From positions 310,001 through 374,000 of the forward strand of contig CBFDEM010000029.1 of assembly GCA_965603825.1 (NCBI GenBank): DNA of 64,000 nt, given 5' to 3'. Every line of letters starts with the position of its first letter. Positions within the stretch are counted from its first letter, which is position 1. Origin of the DNA: Blepharisma stoltei ATCC 30299 (lineage: Eukaryota > Protista > Ciliophora). This document shows positions 1-10,498 of the stretch, in pieces. The notes beneath the pieces are model-generated. The model was not told where the DNA came from. It saw only the letters and a program-made list of their open reading frames with translations, and did no database searches. The translations under genes were made by a program, and so were the position numbers.

Positions 1-386
1 TTATATCATTGATGAAAATCGTAAAATCCGAATCCTTCCTACAAAAATGTTAAATTTTGGATATTGCGCAACCTGTTAGGTAATTTACTGCTCTTGCATA
101 TCATTAAATGGCATGATTTTAGTTGCATTATTTGATTATATAGATATATTTATATTTGACTTATGGACTTTTTCTTATTCTTCATGTACTCTTATGATAG
201 AGCAAGATTGCACAAAAATTCTTTGCAAATATAACAATGTAGCTTACTTATAAGAACTGCTGATATTTTTCTTTAGTCTCAAAACTTTTAAAATTTGATT
301 TGGATAAAAAGACCATCAATGACATGATTTTGAATATACCACATAAGATTGGAGAAGAGCTGCCATATTCTAAAGCATTTATTTAA
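1..386 (+). pseudogene. Kelch-like gene remnant (5' end outside window) with two internal deletions
   Basis: Reads YIIDENRKIRILP..GYCAT, then jumps to ..CSCISLNGMI..NVAYL, then jumps out of frame to YKNC(TGA)YF..SKAFI*. Alignment to 2265..3101 shows ~94 bp and ~113 bp missing at 77-78 and 249-250. Confidence 0.8.
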
Positions 387-414
387 TTTTTATAGCTAGA
401 AATATAATTTAAAT

Positions 415-2084
415 GGCGCTATAAGGAGTATTTTCTGGATGAACCAGCAGGTCTAAGGTATTTGAGGTCTTATGCAAGATGCACAGAAACAAAATGGGGC
501 ATGCTGCATTGATACAGGAAGAGATGATACAAGAGATCTTCAGTGCAAGCTTAGTTGATGAAGGATGAATTAATGCATGATGTGCTGGCACAGAGCACTG
601 TAGACAAGTGGCATTGATACAAGAAAATGAAATGATAAAAGAATTGACAGTGCAAGATGATTCAATACAAATTGTGCTGGCACAGAACGAAGATTGCATG
701 TGATGTACTAATAAGGGTGAAGCTGTAAGAGTGGCAACTATGCAAGGTATCATTCTGCAAAATGATATTAAGATAAGGTTTAACCTAGATTTCCTTATAA
801 AGGTTTGGCTAATAGTGATATGTTAAGTTGTTATTGTGGAATGATCTTAGCAATTAATGCAATTATGAAGCAATATATATAATGAAAATTGAAAACTGCT
901 TTATGAAATGGGACTTATTTATTTATCATGCTATAGATATGCAAGTTAGTATGGAAATGGTCATGAACATTTGATATTGATATTTTGTCTTGGCATGCAC
1001 TGTTTGACTATAAGTGTAATTCTTTGAATTCAAGACATAAGTCATAAATTATATTACATTCTATGTAAACTCGATTAATTTCATATACATGAAATTGTTT
1101 GAATGCTTAGGAAAAGCACATCATGAAGCTCACTATGTTTCACTTGTTTTATGATTTATGGTTCAAAATGTAAACAAGAGTTGAAAAGTGAAATATAAAA
1201 TTTCATATGAAAACAAAATTTAGCATGCTAAAATTATTTCGTGCGCCAAATTGATGCTCAAATATAAGTTTAGTTTGCTAAAAATGTTTGACATGTGAGT
1301 TTTTATTTTCACGTGTCAAAATAATTTGCAATTCTGATCGGGATTCCATATTTAGTAAACAGATTTTCATGGTTTTTAACATTTTGGTAATTTATTATTT
1401 TATGTATGCTCAGCAGATCACATGGGCTCTATTAACGATGCAATCACATGCAACAAATTTTCATAATAATCTTATTTCTGCAAGCACTTGCACAATCAAT
1501 TATTATTATCTCATACTTTTCTAATAGATCAATGCCCTAAAATTAATATAAGCATCACAAATATACTTTTAATATCACATTTGAAAGCATTCAATAGTGC
1601 ATTATATGATCTGTAGGACTACCAAATTTTTTACCAATATTCAGCTGAAATCAATATCAAAGCCATCGTTAAAATCGATTACATTGCATCTTTTTGACAG
1701 AAAAAGAAGCAACCGGCATTTCTCCATAAACGAATACTATAACACTGTTCTATCATATCAGACAAGTGTTTAATACAATAAATGTTCAAATACCGCGAAA
1801 CAATAAGACAACAGCAAATTATTCAAATTTTCGAAAACTGAAGCAATAAGAAGCAATTTTAGATGTATTACAACTCAATTAAGCATTACCAAGTATCTAT
1901 CCACTGTTAGATGAGCTTAACATAAATACTTCATCCTGCCTCAACTAAGTTTGCACTGAAGATCTCTTGTATCACCTCTATCTGTATCAATGCAGTCTGC
2001 CCCATTTTACTTCGGTGCATCTTGCACGAGATCTCAAATTCCTTGGACCTATCGGCTTATCCAGAAAACACGCCTTATAGCGCT
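415..2084. mobile_element. Non-autonomous DNA transposon/MITE-like element with ~160-bp terminal inverted repeats
   Basis: 408..569 is the ungapped reverse complement of 1930..2091 (about 24 mismatches in 162 bp by hand count). Termini GGCGCTATAAGG..CCTTATAGCGCT are flanked by atttaaat (407-414) and atttaaag (2085-2092). It is absent from the paralogous flank at 4861-4990. No transposase ORF seen. Confidence 0.8.
505..700 (+). repeat. Subterminal ~105-bp degenerate direct repeat inside the TIR element
   Basis: gcattgataca..atgata..cagtgcaag..gtgctggcacaga occurs starting at ~506 and again at ~611. Confidence 0.6.
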
Positions 2085-2264
2085 ATTTAAAGTAAATTGC
2101 TATAGCTTATATTGCAGCTATGCGAGCGTAATCTGTTGAAATTTTTTTAACTAAATTTAACATTAAAGTCTGCATTTGAATAGATTGAAATATTAGATGC
2201 CTAAAAAATAGCCTTTAAATGAGATAAATTATGTCTAATCTCATAAAATTAAAAATAATAAATA

Positions 2265-3101
2265 ATGAAACTTTTGGATAATTTGCTCAGAAACGATCAA
2301 GAAGTTGAAAGTTCTAATTTTCGTTGAATTCGTAGTGATAAAAAATTGGATCTTGAAGAAATTAATCTTGAAACCATGGAAAAAGCATCTTATGGAATTT
2401 CTTCCCCTACAGATTATAATGCATTAAACACTTGCATATGCTCTTTGCCTGGAAACAAATCATTTTGCTATAGAGGCTATTTCAACTATTCCAATCATAA
2501 TGGCATTGCTTTTATAATTGATGAAGATCATAAAATCCAAATCCTTCCTTCAGAAATGTCAACTGTTGGATATTGCGCAACCTATTACAACAATTTTGTC
2601 TATATGTTTGGGGATTCTTCTCTATGTCGATATAATTTGATTAAACGACGATGGGAAAAGCTAGTAAATAAATGTACCTCAGGTAATTGCTGCTCTTGTA
2701 CATCATTAAATGGCATGATTTTTGTTGCCTTATATGATTATGCATATGCGTTTATATTTGACTTATGGACGTTTTCTTATTCCTTATGCAATCTTGAGCT
2801 AGAACAAGATTGCATAAAAATTATTTGCAAATATGACAATGTAGCTTACTTAATTGACTTTTCTGGTCTAATATGGGAAAGTGATGAAAACGATCTTTAT
2901 ATATGAAACATTATTGGTCCTTGCAACCCTTTATATTTTTATACTTATTCGATTAAAGTATTTTATAAAAATTCTTGGTATTTCAATATGGATTCGGTGA
3001 TTATGAAATTTAATTTGGATAAAAAAACTGTTAGTAAAACTAGTGGAAGTATTTCATATGAGTATGGATCTAGTTGGAATAAGGAATATCCTATAGGATA
3101 A
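2265..3101 (+). CDS. Kelch-like beta-propeller protein, 278 aa (TGA=Trp)
   Basis: ATG 2265 to TAA 3099-3101, open if TGA=W. Has VYMFG and YNLIKRRWE Kelch signature; paralogous to 5151 and 6553. Confidence 0.85.
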
Positions 3102-3619
3102 TCATAGTTTAAGTATAAAATTAATTTCTTTTCTTTAAGATTTTTACAAGATTGTAGTATTATAGAAAAATTTCCATTGTTTAGCACGAACCCTACCCTA
3201 CGATAGCTTTATTTGACTTATATTGTTTTAAAAATCTTGAATTTTATCTAAAAAATATATTGCAGACTTCCCATTTTTGTTATCCAGCAATTTTATGAGT
3301 CAAAAGAGACTAATTTACGCCTTTTTATAGAAATAAGCCTTTCTATTATATATTCAGCTATATATAAAGTGGAAAAGCTTAAATAAACGAGGCTTTTTTT
3401 TGCTTGCCACAAGAATCAATCCAATCTTGATTGAGCTGCATTAACAGCCACAATATCTAATAAGCTAATTTTTTATTTTTCTATTCTGATTATTAGGAAA
3501 TTTTTTTGTCAGGCAGATATTTGCATATTTATAGCTGAAGTTTAATTTTTGTAAAGCTAATTACTGCCTTGTGCTTTTTAATTACTTACTATTCCATTTG
3601 AAATTTACTCATGTTTCTA

Positions 3620-4741
3620 CATTTCAATTTAGAGTATATTAGTGTGCACCTACCATCGAAGCACCATGCGCTTTGTCTTCAAATTTGCAATGAATTTACA
3701 TCAGATAGAGCACATTGTGCATCATACAGCTTGGTGCATCAGCAATTTAGAGCTTGTGAGTGCACCCATCATCTTGCATAATACTCTTTTTATCTAAATT
3801 CGTAATGAAATCACATTATAGATGCAGCTCACATTATGCATCATCAAACTCCGCACAATAGTTTTAAATTTTAACTTAAACTTGATGATTGCTATCGCAT
3901 CACGTAATTCATCATAAATTATTTACTTATGAGTTATGATGTCAAGCATACTCTAGTTTCTAAGGCCTTCACCTTGCTTTGATTTCATCTAGCATGCTGC
4001 GTTTGGTGAATCATGATGCCTTGATCCAGATTTATTAAGAAATGCCTTTACAGTCTGATATTTTTCATTTTTTACAATATTATTTAATATATGTAAATAT
4101 AATAGGCATAGATTTGATACTAATTGTGAAAGCTTTGATATGTGCTTGAAAATCTTTGTCCCAGGGCGTGATATTTATATGAATAATGCAGATGTGCAGC
4201 CTCTTTTTAAAATGCACAAATTTTGATTACTTTTAATGCTATATTGACAAATGCAAACCATAATACCTTTTTTTTTCATGTAGGCAAAGGCATTCATATT
4301 TGGTGCAATTTAGGTCACAGCTGTATTTCTACTTGTAAATACCAAATTTAAATTCTTTTGATCACTGGTGCTGCTTCTGTGAAAGGCAACATTTCTGGAG
4401 TTTGATCAGCAAACTCAATATTAGTCTCAGAAATTAAAAATATGTTCTTTCAACAGAGAAAGCCATGATGACTTGATTCAGATAAGAATTATTTGTTCAA
4501 GACATGATGCATGACAGATGGTGCAACTTCATGGCAACTCTCAAGTGAAATCCATCAATATTTATATTTCAGCATCAGTTTCAAGCCTGGAAGATGCTTA
4601 AGAACTTTTACTTTTTAATATAAATTCATTACAGTTTTTAGAGATATGACTGTATATGTTTTAGTCGAAAGATGCACAATGTGAGCTGCATCTGTTATTT
4701 TACAATTACCAATATTGCCACTGTTGGAACTCAAAATAAAG
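3620..4741. other. Unassigned TpG/CpA-rich, CpG-poor island, possibly a decayed mobile element
   Basis: No credible ORF; many tgca/catg words; 23-bp inverted repeat 3820-3842 vs 4671-4693; abuts a truncated Kelch tail at 4742. Confidence 0.4.
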
Positions 4742-4879
4742 TATAAGAACTGCTGATATTTTTTTAGGCCCAAAACTTTTAATTTGGATAAAAGGATCAT
4801 CAATGACATGATGTTGAATGTACCACATAGAGTTCATGAGATTGGAGAAGAGCTGTCACATTCTAAAGTATTTATTTAA
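4742..4879 (+). pseudogene. Orphan 3' tail of a Kelch-like gene
   Basis: tataagaactgctgatattt..gagctgtcacattctaaagtatttatttaa matches 249..386; the rest of the gene is missing. Confidence 0.75.
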
Positions 4880-5596
4880 TTTTTAAAGCTAAAAATATGA
4901 TGATTTCAATAGAAATAGTATGATTAAACTTTAAATGATTTTAAATATTTTTAATATCTTTATTAGTATAGCTATATTGCAGCAGCTATGTGAATATAAT
5001 TTGTTAAAATTTTTTTAACTAAATTTAATACTAAAGTGTGCATTTTGAATAGATTGAAACATTAGAAGCCTACAAAATAACCTTTAAATGAGATAAATTA
5101 TTATTCAGTCTAACTTCATAAATTTAAAAATAAAAATTATTTAATAAATAATGAAACTTTTAGATAATTTGCTCAGAAACGATCAAGAAGTTGAAAGTTC
5201 TAATTTTCGCTGAATTCGCAGTAATAATGAATTGGATCTTGATGAAATTAATTTTGAAACCATGGAAAAAACATCTTATGAAATTTCTTCTCCTGAAGAT
5301 TATAATGCATTATACACTTGCACTTGCTCTTTGCCTGGAAACAAATCATTTTGCTATAGAGGCTATTCTAGATCTGCCAATCAAAATGGCATTGCTTTTA
5401 TAATTGATGAAGATCATAAAATCCAAATCCTTCCTTCAGAAATGTCAACTGTTGGATATTGCGCAACCTATTACAACAATTATGTTTATATGTTTGGGGA
5501 GTTTTCTTTTTATCGATATAATTTGACTCAGATGATTACTGCTCTTGTATATCATTAAATGGATTGATTTTAGTTGCCTTATATGATTATTCATAT

Positions 5597-6022
5597 TTTG
5601 GGCCTTTTGGGTGGGTTTTTAGGCTTTTATGGCTTTTATGGGAATTCGACTTTTTTGACTTTTTTGGCTGTTTTGGCTGTTTTGGCTTTTTTGGCTATTT
5701 TGACTTTTTTGGCTTTTGGTCTTCTTACTTTCCACCTTTACCCAGTCGATGATCTCTATCTGTACCTGATTGATGGATCTTGTGGCTAGGATCAGCTCTC
5801 CACCATCCAGAATCACACCTACCTGTACAGCGAGCCAGATTCTCAGACACTCCGCAACATCCATTTTTTCTTAAACAGCTTCATCTTCATCATCCCAGGC
5901 TTCATCCTCCAACATTTTTATTTGCAAGTCAAGAAATTCTATTTCATCCCAAATTTCTTCATCTGAGCAAAATTCATCAGTTTCTGAATCAGTTTCGTCA
6001 AAAGGCTTTGACACAACCTCAC
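5597..6022 (-). other. Foreign ~430-bp insert: acidic ORF end plus 81-aa ORF (5619..5864) ending in a 9-bp tandem repeat
   Basis: Minus strand reads ..KPFDETDSETDEFCSDEEIWDEIEFLDLQIKMLEDEAWDDEDEAV*, then MDVAECLRIW..SQKSQNSQ..; no similarity to Kelch. Confidence 0.6.
5649..5719 (+). repeat. 9-bp minisatellite (ttttggctg / ttttttgac / ttttttggc), about 7-8 units
   Basis: Directly visible tandem units. Confidence 0.85.
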
Positions 6023-6552
6023 AATTGAGTTTTCTGGTCTAATATGGGAAAGCGATAAAAACAGTCTTTATAAATGAAACATTATTGGTCCTTGCAACCC
6101 TTTATGCTTTCATACTTATCCGATTAAAGTATTTTATAAAAATTCTTGGTATTTCAATATGGATTCGGTGATTATGAAATTTAATTTGGATAAAAAAGCT
6201 GTTAGTAAAACTAGTGGAAGTATTTCGTATGCATATGAATCTCGTTGGAATAAGGAATATCCTATAGAATAATCTATGCTTTAGTATAAAGTTAATTTCT
6301 TTTCTTTTAGATTTTTACAAGATGCAGCATTATGGTAATTTTCCATTGCTTAACACGAATCCTACCCTACGATAGCTTATTTGGCTTATATTTTCTCATA
6401 TAAAAGCATCTTTTTCTCATCTCATTTATCATTAATTATTATAAATCAAATAAGCCGATTTTGATATCTAAATATTGTTTTAGCCGAGTAATCAGCCAAT
6501 CTTATATTTCATTAAAATTTAAATATATCTTAATCTTTGTTTATAGTAATAA

Positions 6553-7362
6553 ATGAAAATTTTGGAAAATCTGTCATTAAATAGCGAAGATATTGAAGTC
6601 CAAACATCAAAATTTCGTTGAATTTACAATTATAATGAATATTGTCTTGATGAAGTTAATCTTGAAACAATGCAAACTGTTTCCGTTGAAATTTCAGCTC
6701 CTATAGATGATAATTGATATACTTGTATATGCTATTTGCCTGGGAATAAGTCTTTTTGCTACAGAGGTAATACAATGCTAGATCACATATGTGGCATTGC
6801 TTTTATAATAGATGAAGATCATAAAATTCAAGTTCTTCCCTCTAAAATTATAACTATTGGATATTGTGCAACATTTTGCAATAATTATGTTTATATGTTT
6901 GGAGAATTTTGTCTTTTTAGATATGATTTGGTTAAAAGAAGATGGGAAAAGATAATAGCAAAACTTGGCTTAAGTAATTTTTGTACTTGCATTTCTATAA
7001 ATAATATGATATTAGTTGCATGATTTGACTGTGAGGATATATTTATTTTTGATTTGCGGACTTGCTCTTTTTCTTCATGCCCTTTAGAGCTTGGACAACA
7101 TAGCACAAAAGTTCTTTGCAGATCTGAAAATGCGGCTTTTTTAATTGATTTTTCTGGGTTAATAAGGGAGAGTTCCAAAAATAATTTTTATTCATGAGCG
7201 ATTATAGGATCTTGTATGACTTTTGATTTTGCAATTTTTTCTGTTAAAGTATTTTATAAAAATTCTTGGTATTTTAATATAGACAATGCAATTATGAAAT
7301 TTAATTTGGAGAAAAAGACTGTTAAGAGAACGAATGCGAGCATTTCATATCCTATCGATTAA
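6553..7362 (+). CDS. Kelch-like beta-propeller protein, 269 aa (TGA=Trp)
   Basis: ATG 6553 to TAA 7360-7362, open with TGA=W; VYMFG..YDLVKRRWE; YKNSWYF tail shared with 2265. Confidence 0.85.
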
Positions 7363-7541
7363 AATTCTAATTATTTCATATATAAATATTATTTTAAATA
7401 AATATTTAGCGCCAATTATTCGAAGAACCTGCTGTTACTGATGGTCTACTTCGGAGGATTGAGCAGATGATTCATTAAGAACTGAAATATGAAAGTAATT
7501 TGTAATTAAGAATTGAGATCTCTATTACTTTTAAAAATAAA

Positions 7542-8819
7542 CTAATCCCTCCGAGCAAAATATGTATCAAATAGAATATTATTTTTGGCTTTTATTTCCA
7601 TTTTTTCTACTTGATCATAATGTTGGTAACTATTTGCTTGATATAGAGGTGCATTTGGCTTTCAACAATACAAACAAGTAAATTCTTGATTTAAGTACGC
7701 TGCATGGATAAAATATTGTCTTCTGCAATAATTACATTTATATAAAAAATCAACCTTTCCAAATGTACAAATATTTCTGCTATAGCTAAGCCTCCCGATT
7801 TTAATGTTAAAGTTAATAGATTTCGCAAGTGTCATAAGAGATCATATATAGTGACTATTTGTCTCATTTTCGACTCTCTGTAAAATTTTTGATAAGCAAG
7901 CTTTTATATTTGGAACTTTACAAAAAACTTTAAGTGGATAGGAATTTAACAACATGCCATACTCTGATATTTTTATTTTTCTAGTGATAAATTTTGGTGT
8001 GACTTGTATATTTTTTACGGCAGAAATTACAAAAGCATCTTCAAGATTTATAAAATTAGGCCTTTTTGCTTCATCATCTTCAAGCATATACCATAAAAGG
8101 TCTTTTACCCTTTGAGAGTATCTTAGATCATAAATTCTTAGTGCTGTTTTGTACTTAAGCGCATTTAAATCTGCCAATTCATCTAATTTTTTCAAGCTTG
8201 CCATATAAAGAAACGTTAATCCTAGTGAATACACGTCAGATTTAAAAGGATCATACTTAGCTTTATAGAGGTTATTTTGTGACGAAGAATAAAGTGCTTT
8301 TAATTTAGGGCTCAAAAACAGCGGAGTCCCTACAACTGTATATTCTTCTTGCTGTGCATCTAGTAAAGCATGTCCAAAGCCAGTCACTTTTAAAGTTCCA
8401 TCATTCCCTATAATAATATTTTGGGGTTTTATATTTCTATGGGCTATTTCTCGTTCTTGTAGATATGAGTAAGCTTGGATGAGGGATTTAAAGTAATTTC
8501 ATAGATCTTCTTCAGACCAGTATTTATTAAAATGTATTCTTCTGTCTATTTCATTCGACAAATCTCCTGAAGGGAGGTATTCCATTAATAAAAGGATGAA
8601 TTTGTCATTAGGCGTTGATATGCCATATAATTCTACCAAATTTGGATGCTTAAGTGTAGCAATTTTAAATGCATCTATTTCCTTATCCGATTGAAATTTT
8701 AGTTTCTTTATAGCAATTTCTTGTCCTGTCGATTTTAAAATTGCTTTGAAGATGTCTACTGAGTCTGTTTTGTAGATTGTCTCTTGTTTAGTATAGTGAC
8801 TTATTGGTGTGCTGCCCAT
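7542..8819 (-). CDS. Ser/Thr kinase-fold protein, probable pseudokinase, with C-terminal CxxC..CxxC; ~425 aa
   Basis: IAIKK, HPNLV, MEY..GDL, GTPLFLSP and KSDVYSLG are present, but HRN replaces HRD, GFG replaces DFG and there is no Gly-rich loop. ORFs 8499..8819 and 7842..8387 join via TGA=W. The exact 3' end is less certain. Confidence 0.8.
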
Positions 8820-9565
8820 TTTTGCTCAATTCTACAATTATTTATTATAATTATATAAAGGTAATTTATATATGCATGAAGCTATATCAATTAGCAAGTA
8901 GCTATTAGTCAACAAAAATTTACGATTATATTAAATTATCCTCAGAATTCCATAAATGCTAAAAAAGACCTGCTTTATGAGCGGTTTAAACTGTTATTGG
9001 CAGATATAATAAGAAATTATTTTTATTTGTGTGATTTTACTAGGGCAAGGTATACCTTTTGATTAATGAGATTTGCATAACTTGTTCCTATTAAGAGATT
9101 TCCTATTAAGAGCATCTGCCTTTTCTTTGTAAGAGCTTTAATAGGCAGCTATTCGCAGTGCATTAACTCAAGGACTATATCCTCTTAAGCATTTCTCTGG
9201 AGTTTTTCATTGAAAAAGTTGATAATGATAAGGGAATAGTAAAATTGATAAGCAAATAATTATAAATTCATAAAATTGTGAAAAAATTGCCTAATAAAAG
9301 CACTTTAAACAATGGATTGATAAGCCTAAGAGGACTTACTAAGTTTTTTATGTTTATCTGTTTAATTATTTGATATAAATTGGATTTCAAACAGCTCATT
9401 TAAGTATATAAATATATAGTCAATGCAGTAATAGTCAAAATTATTTCCCCATAATATATTATTTCAATAAAAATTGCTAGAATATAATTAATCTTATTAA
9501 TTTATTTTAATTTAATTTCTATTATAAGAAGCCTAATAGCTTTATTCACTTTATAGGCATATTTA

Positions 9566-10405
9566 TTATATAAAATTGCATTTAGTTATCACTCTTTCGA
9601 TTTCTGCAACCTTTTTCTTCATAAAAAATTTATAAATCGATTTGCCAATCCCAAAATAAATAGATCCACTATAATAAGCTCATTGATATATTTTAAATCC
9701 AGCAATTCGATTAATTTGGCCTATATTTTCTCATGTAAAAGAATCTTTTATTCCACTTACATTTATCATTCTTTTACTATCAATTAAATAAGCCCTATCT
9801 TCATATCTAAATAATATTTTAGCTGAGTGCATAGCTAATTCTAAAGGAATTTCACTATAAATGTTTGAAAAAATATCATAAGAATAAATTTTACTTACTT
9901 CATACTCTGCAATCAAAATTTCATCAAAAAATTCTGTAATGAATAAATAAAGAGAAGGCTCAGGTAAATTCGCTAACCTCATTCATTTATTTTGTAAAAA
10001 ATCAAACTTCCTAGCATTATTTAAAGGAATAGGATATAAATCAAATCCATATCGGCTTCCTCCGAATATATAAACTGCATTTTCATAATAAATTCCTGTT
10101 CCCCCAAAGCAAGGAATCCCATCAGGTAGCTTCTTTATCCTATTATATGAGTTTAATATATAAGCTGATCCAGAAAATGAATAATCAGCCAATTCAAACC
10201 CATAGCAAAACAATTCATCATTAGGAAGAGAGCATATGCAGGGCGGAGATTTACATTTTTCTAAGACTTTATATTGATACTTTGAAGAAACAAACGTTTC
10301 TAGATTAGTTTTGATGTAGTAGGACATATCAAAACCCTGGAAAAGAAATAAACTTTTGGATTCCATTTGAGGTTCGACTTCAATCTTTTTAAGAAGCAAA
10401 CTCAT
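9566..10405 (-). CDS. Kelch-like beta-propeller protein, 279 aa
   Basis: Two track ORFs plus tail joined by TGA=W; VYIFGG..FDFLQNK(W) motif; TAA at 9566-9568. Confidence 0.85.
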
Positions 10406-10498
10406 TTTTCATATTTATCCAATAAAGTTCAACTTGATGAATAGATTTAGGGAAATTTACAATAAATTATTTATATCTATTGATGGATTAAATTTTAT

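Larger units (their letters stand above)
5151..6272 (+). pseudogene. Kelch-like pseudogene (copy of 2265..3101) with a 37-bp deletion and a foreign insertion
   Basis: Near-identical to 2265..3101 at both ends; frameshifting deletion near 5527; ~115 bp of Kelch sequence replaced by 5597..6022. Confidence 0.85.
2100..6395 (+). repeat. Tandem segmental duplication (~2100-3225 vs ~4965-6395; also 249-400 vs 4742-4897)
   Basis: Promoter, CDS and 3' flank (e.g. cacgaa.cctaccctacgatagctt at ~3185 and ~6353) align between the two copies. Confidence 0.85.

Noticed and set aside
409-753. Track ORF 409..753 (-) and 1288..1524 (+) as a transposase
   Set aside because: They overlap TIR and subterminal repeats, are C/H/I-rich as expected from TG/CA-rich DNA, and show no DDE or HTH motif.
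3185-3205. accctaccctac as a telomeric repeat or chromosome-breakage site
   Set aside because: Only two imperfect units; its recurrence near 6357 is explained by the segmental duplication.
7405-7416. agcgccaa (also near 19273 and 38282) as an E2F-like promoter motif
   Set aside because: Too few, short, and this copy lies between convergent 3' ends.
7519-7542. gtttatttttaaaag as an intron extending the pseudokinase
   Set aside because: Lacks the GTA start and the -6 A seen in the other introns, and would add only a few codons.
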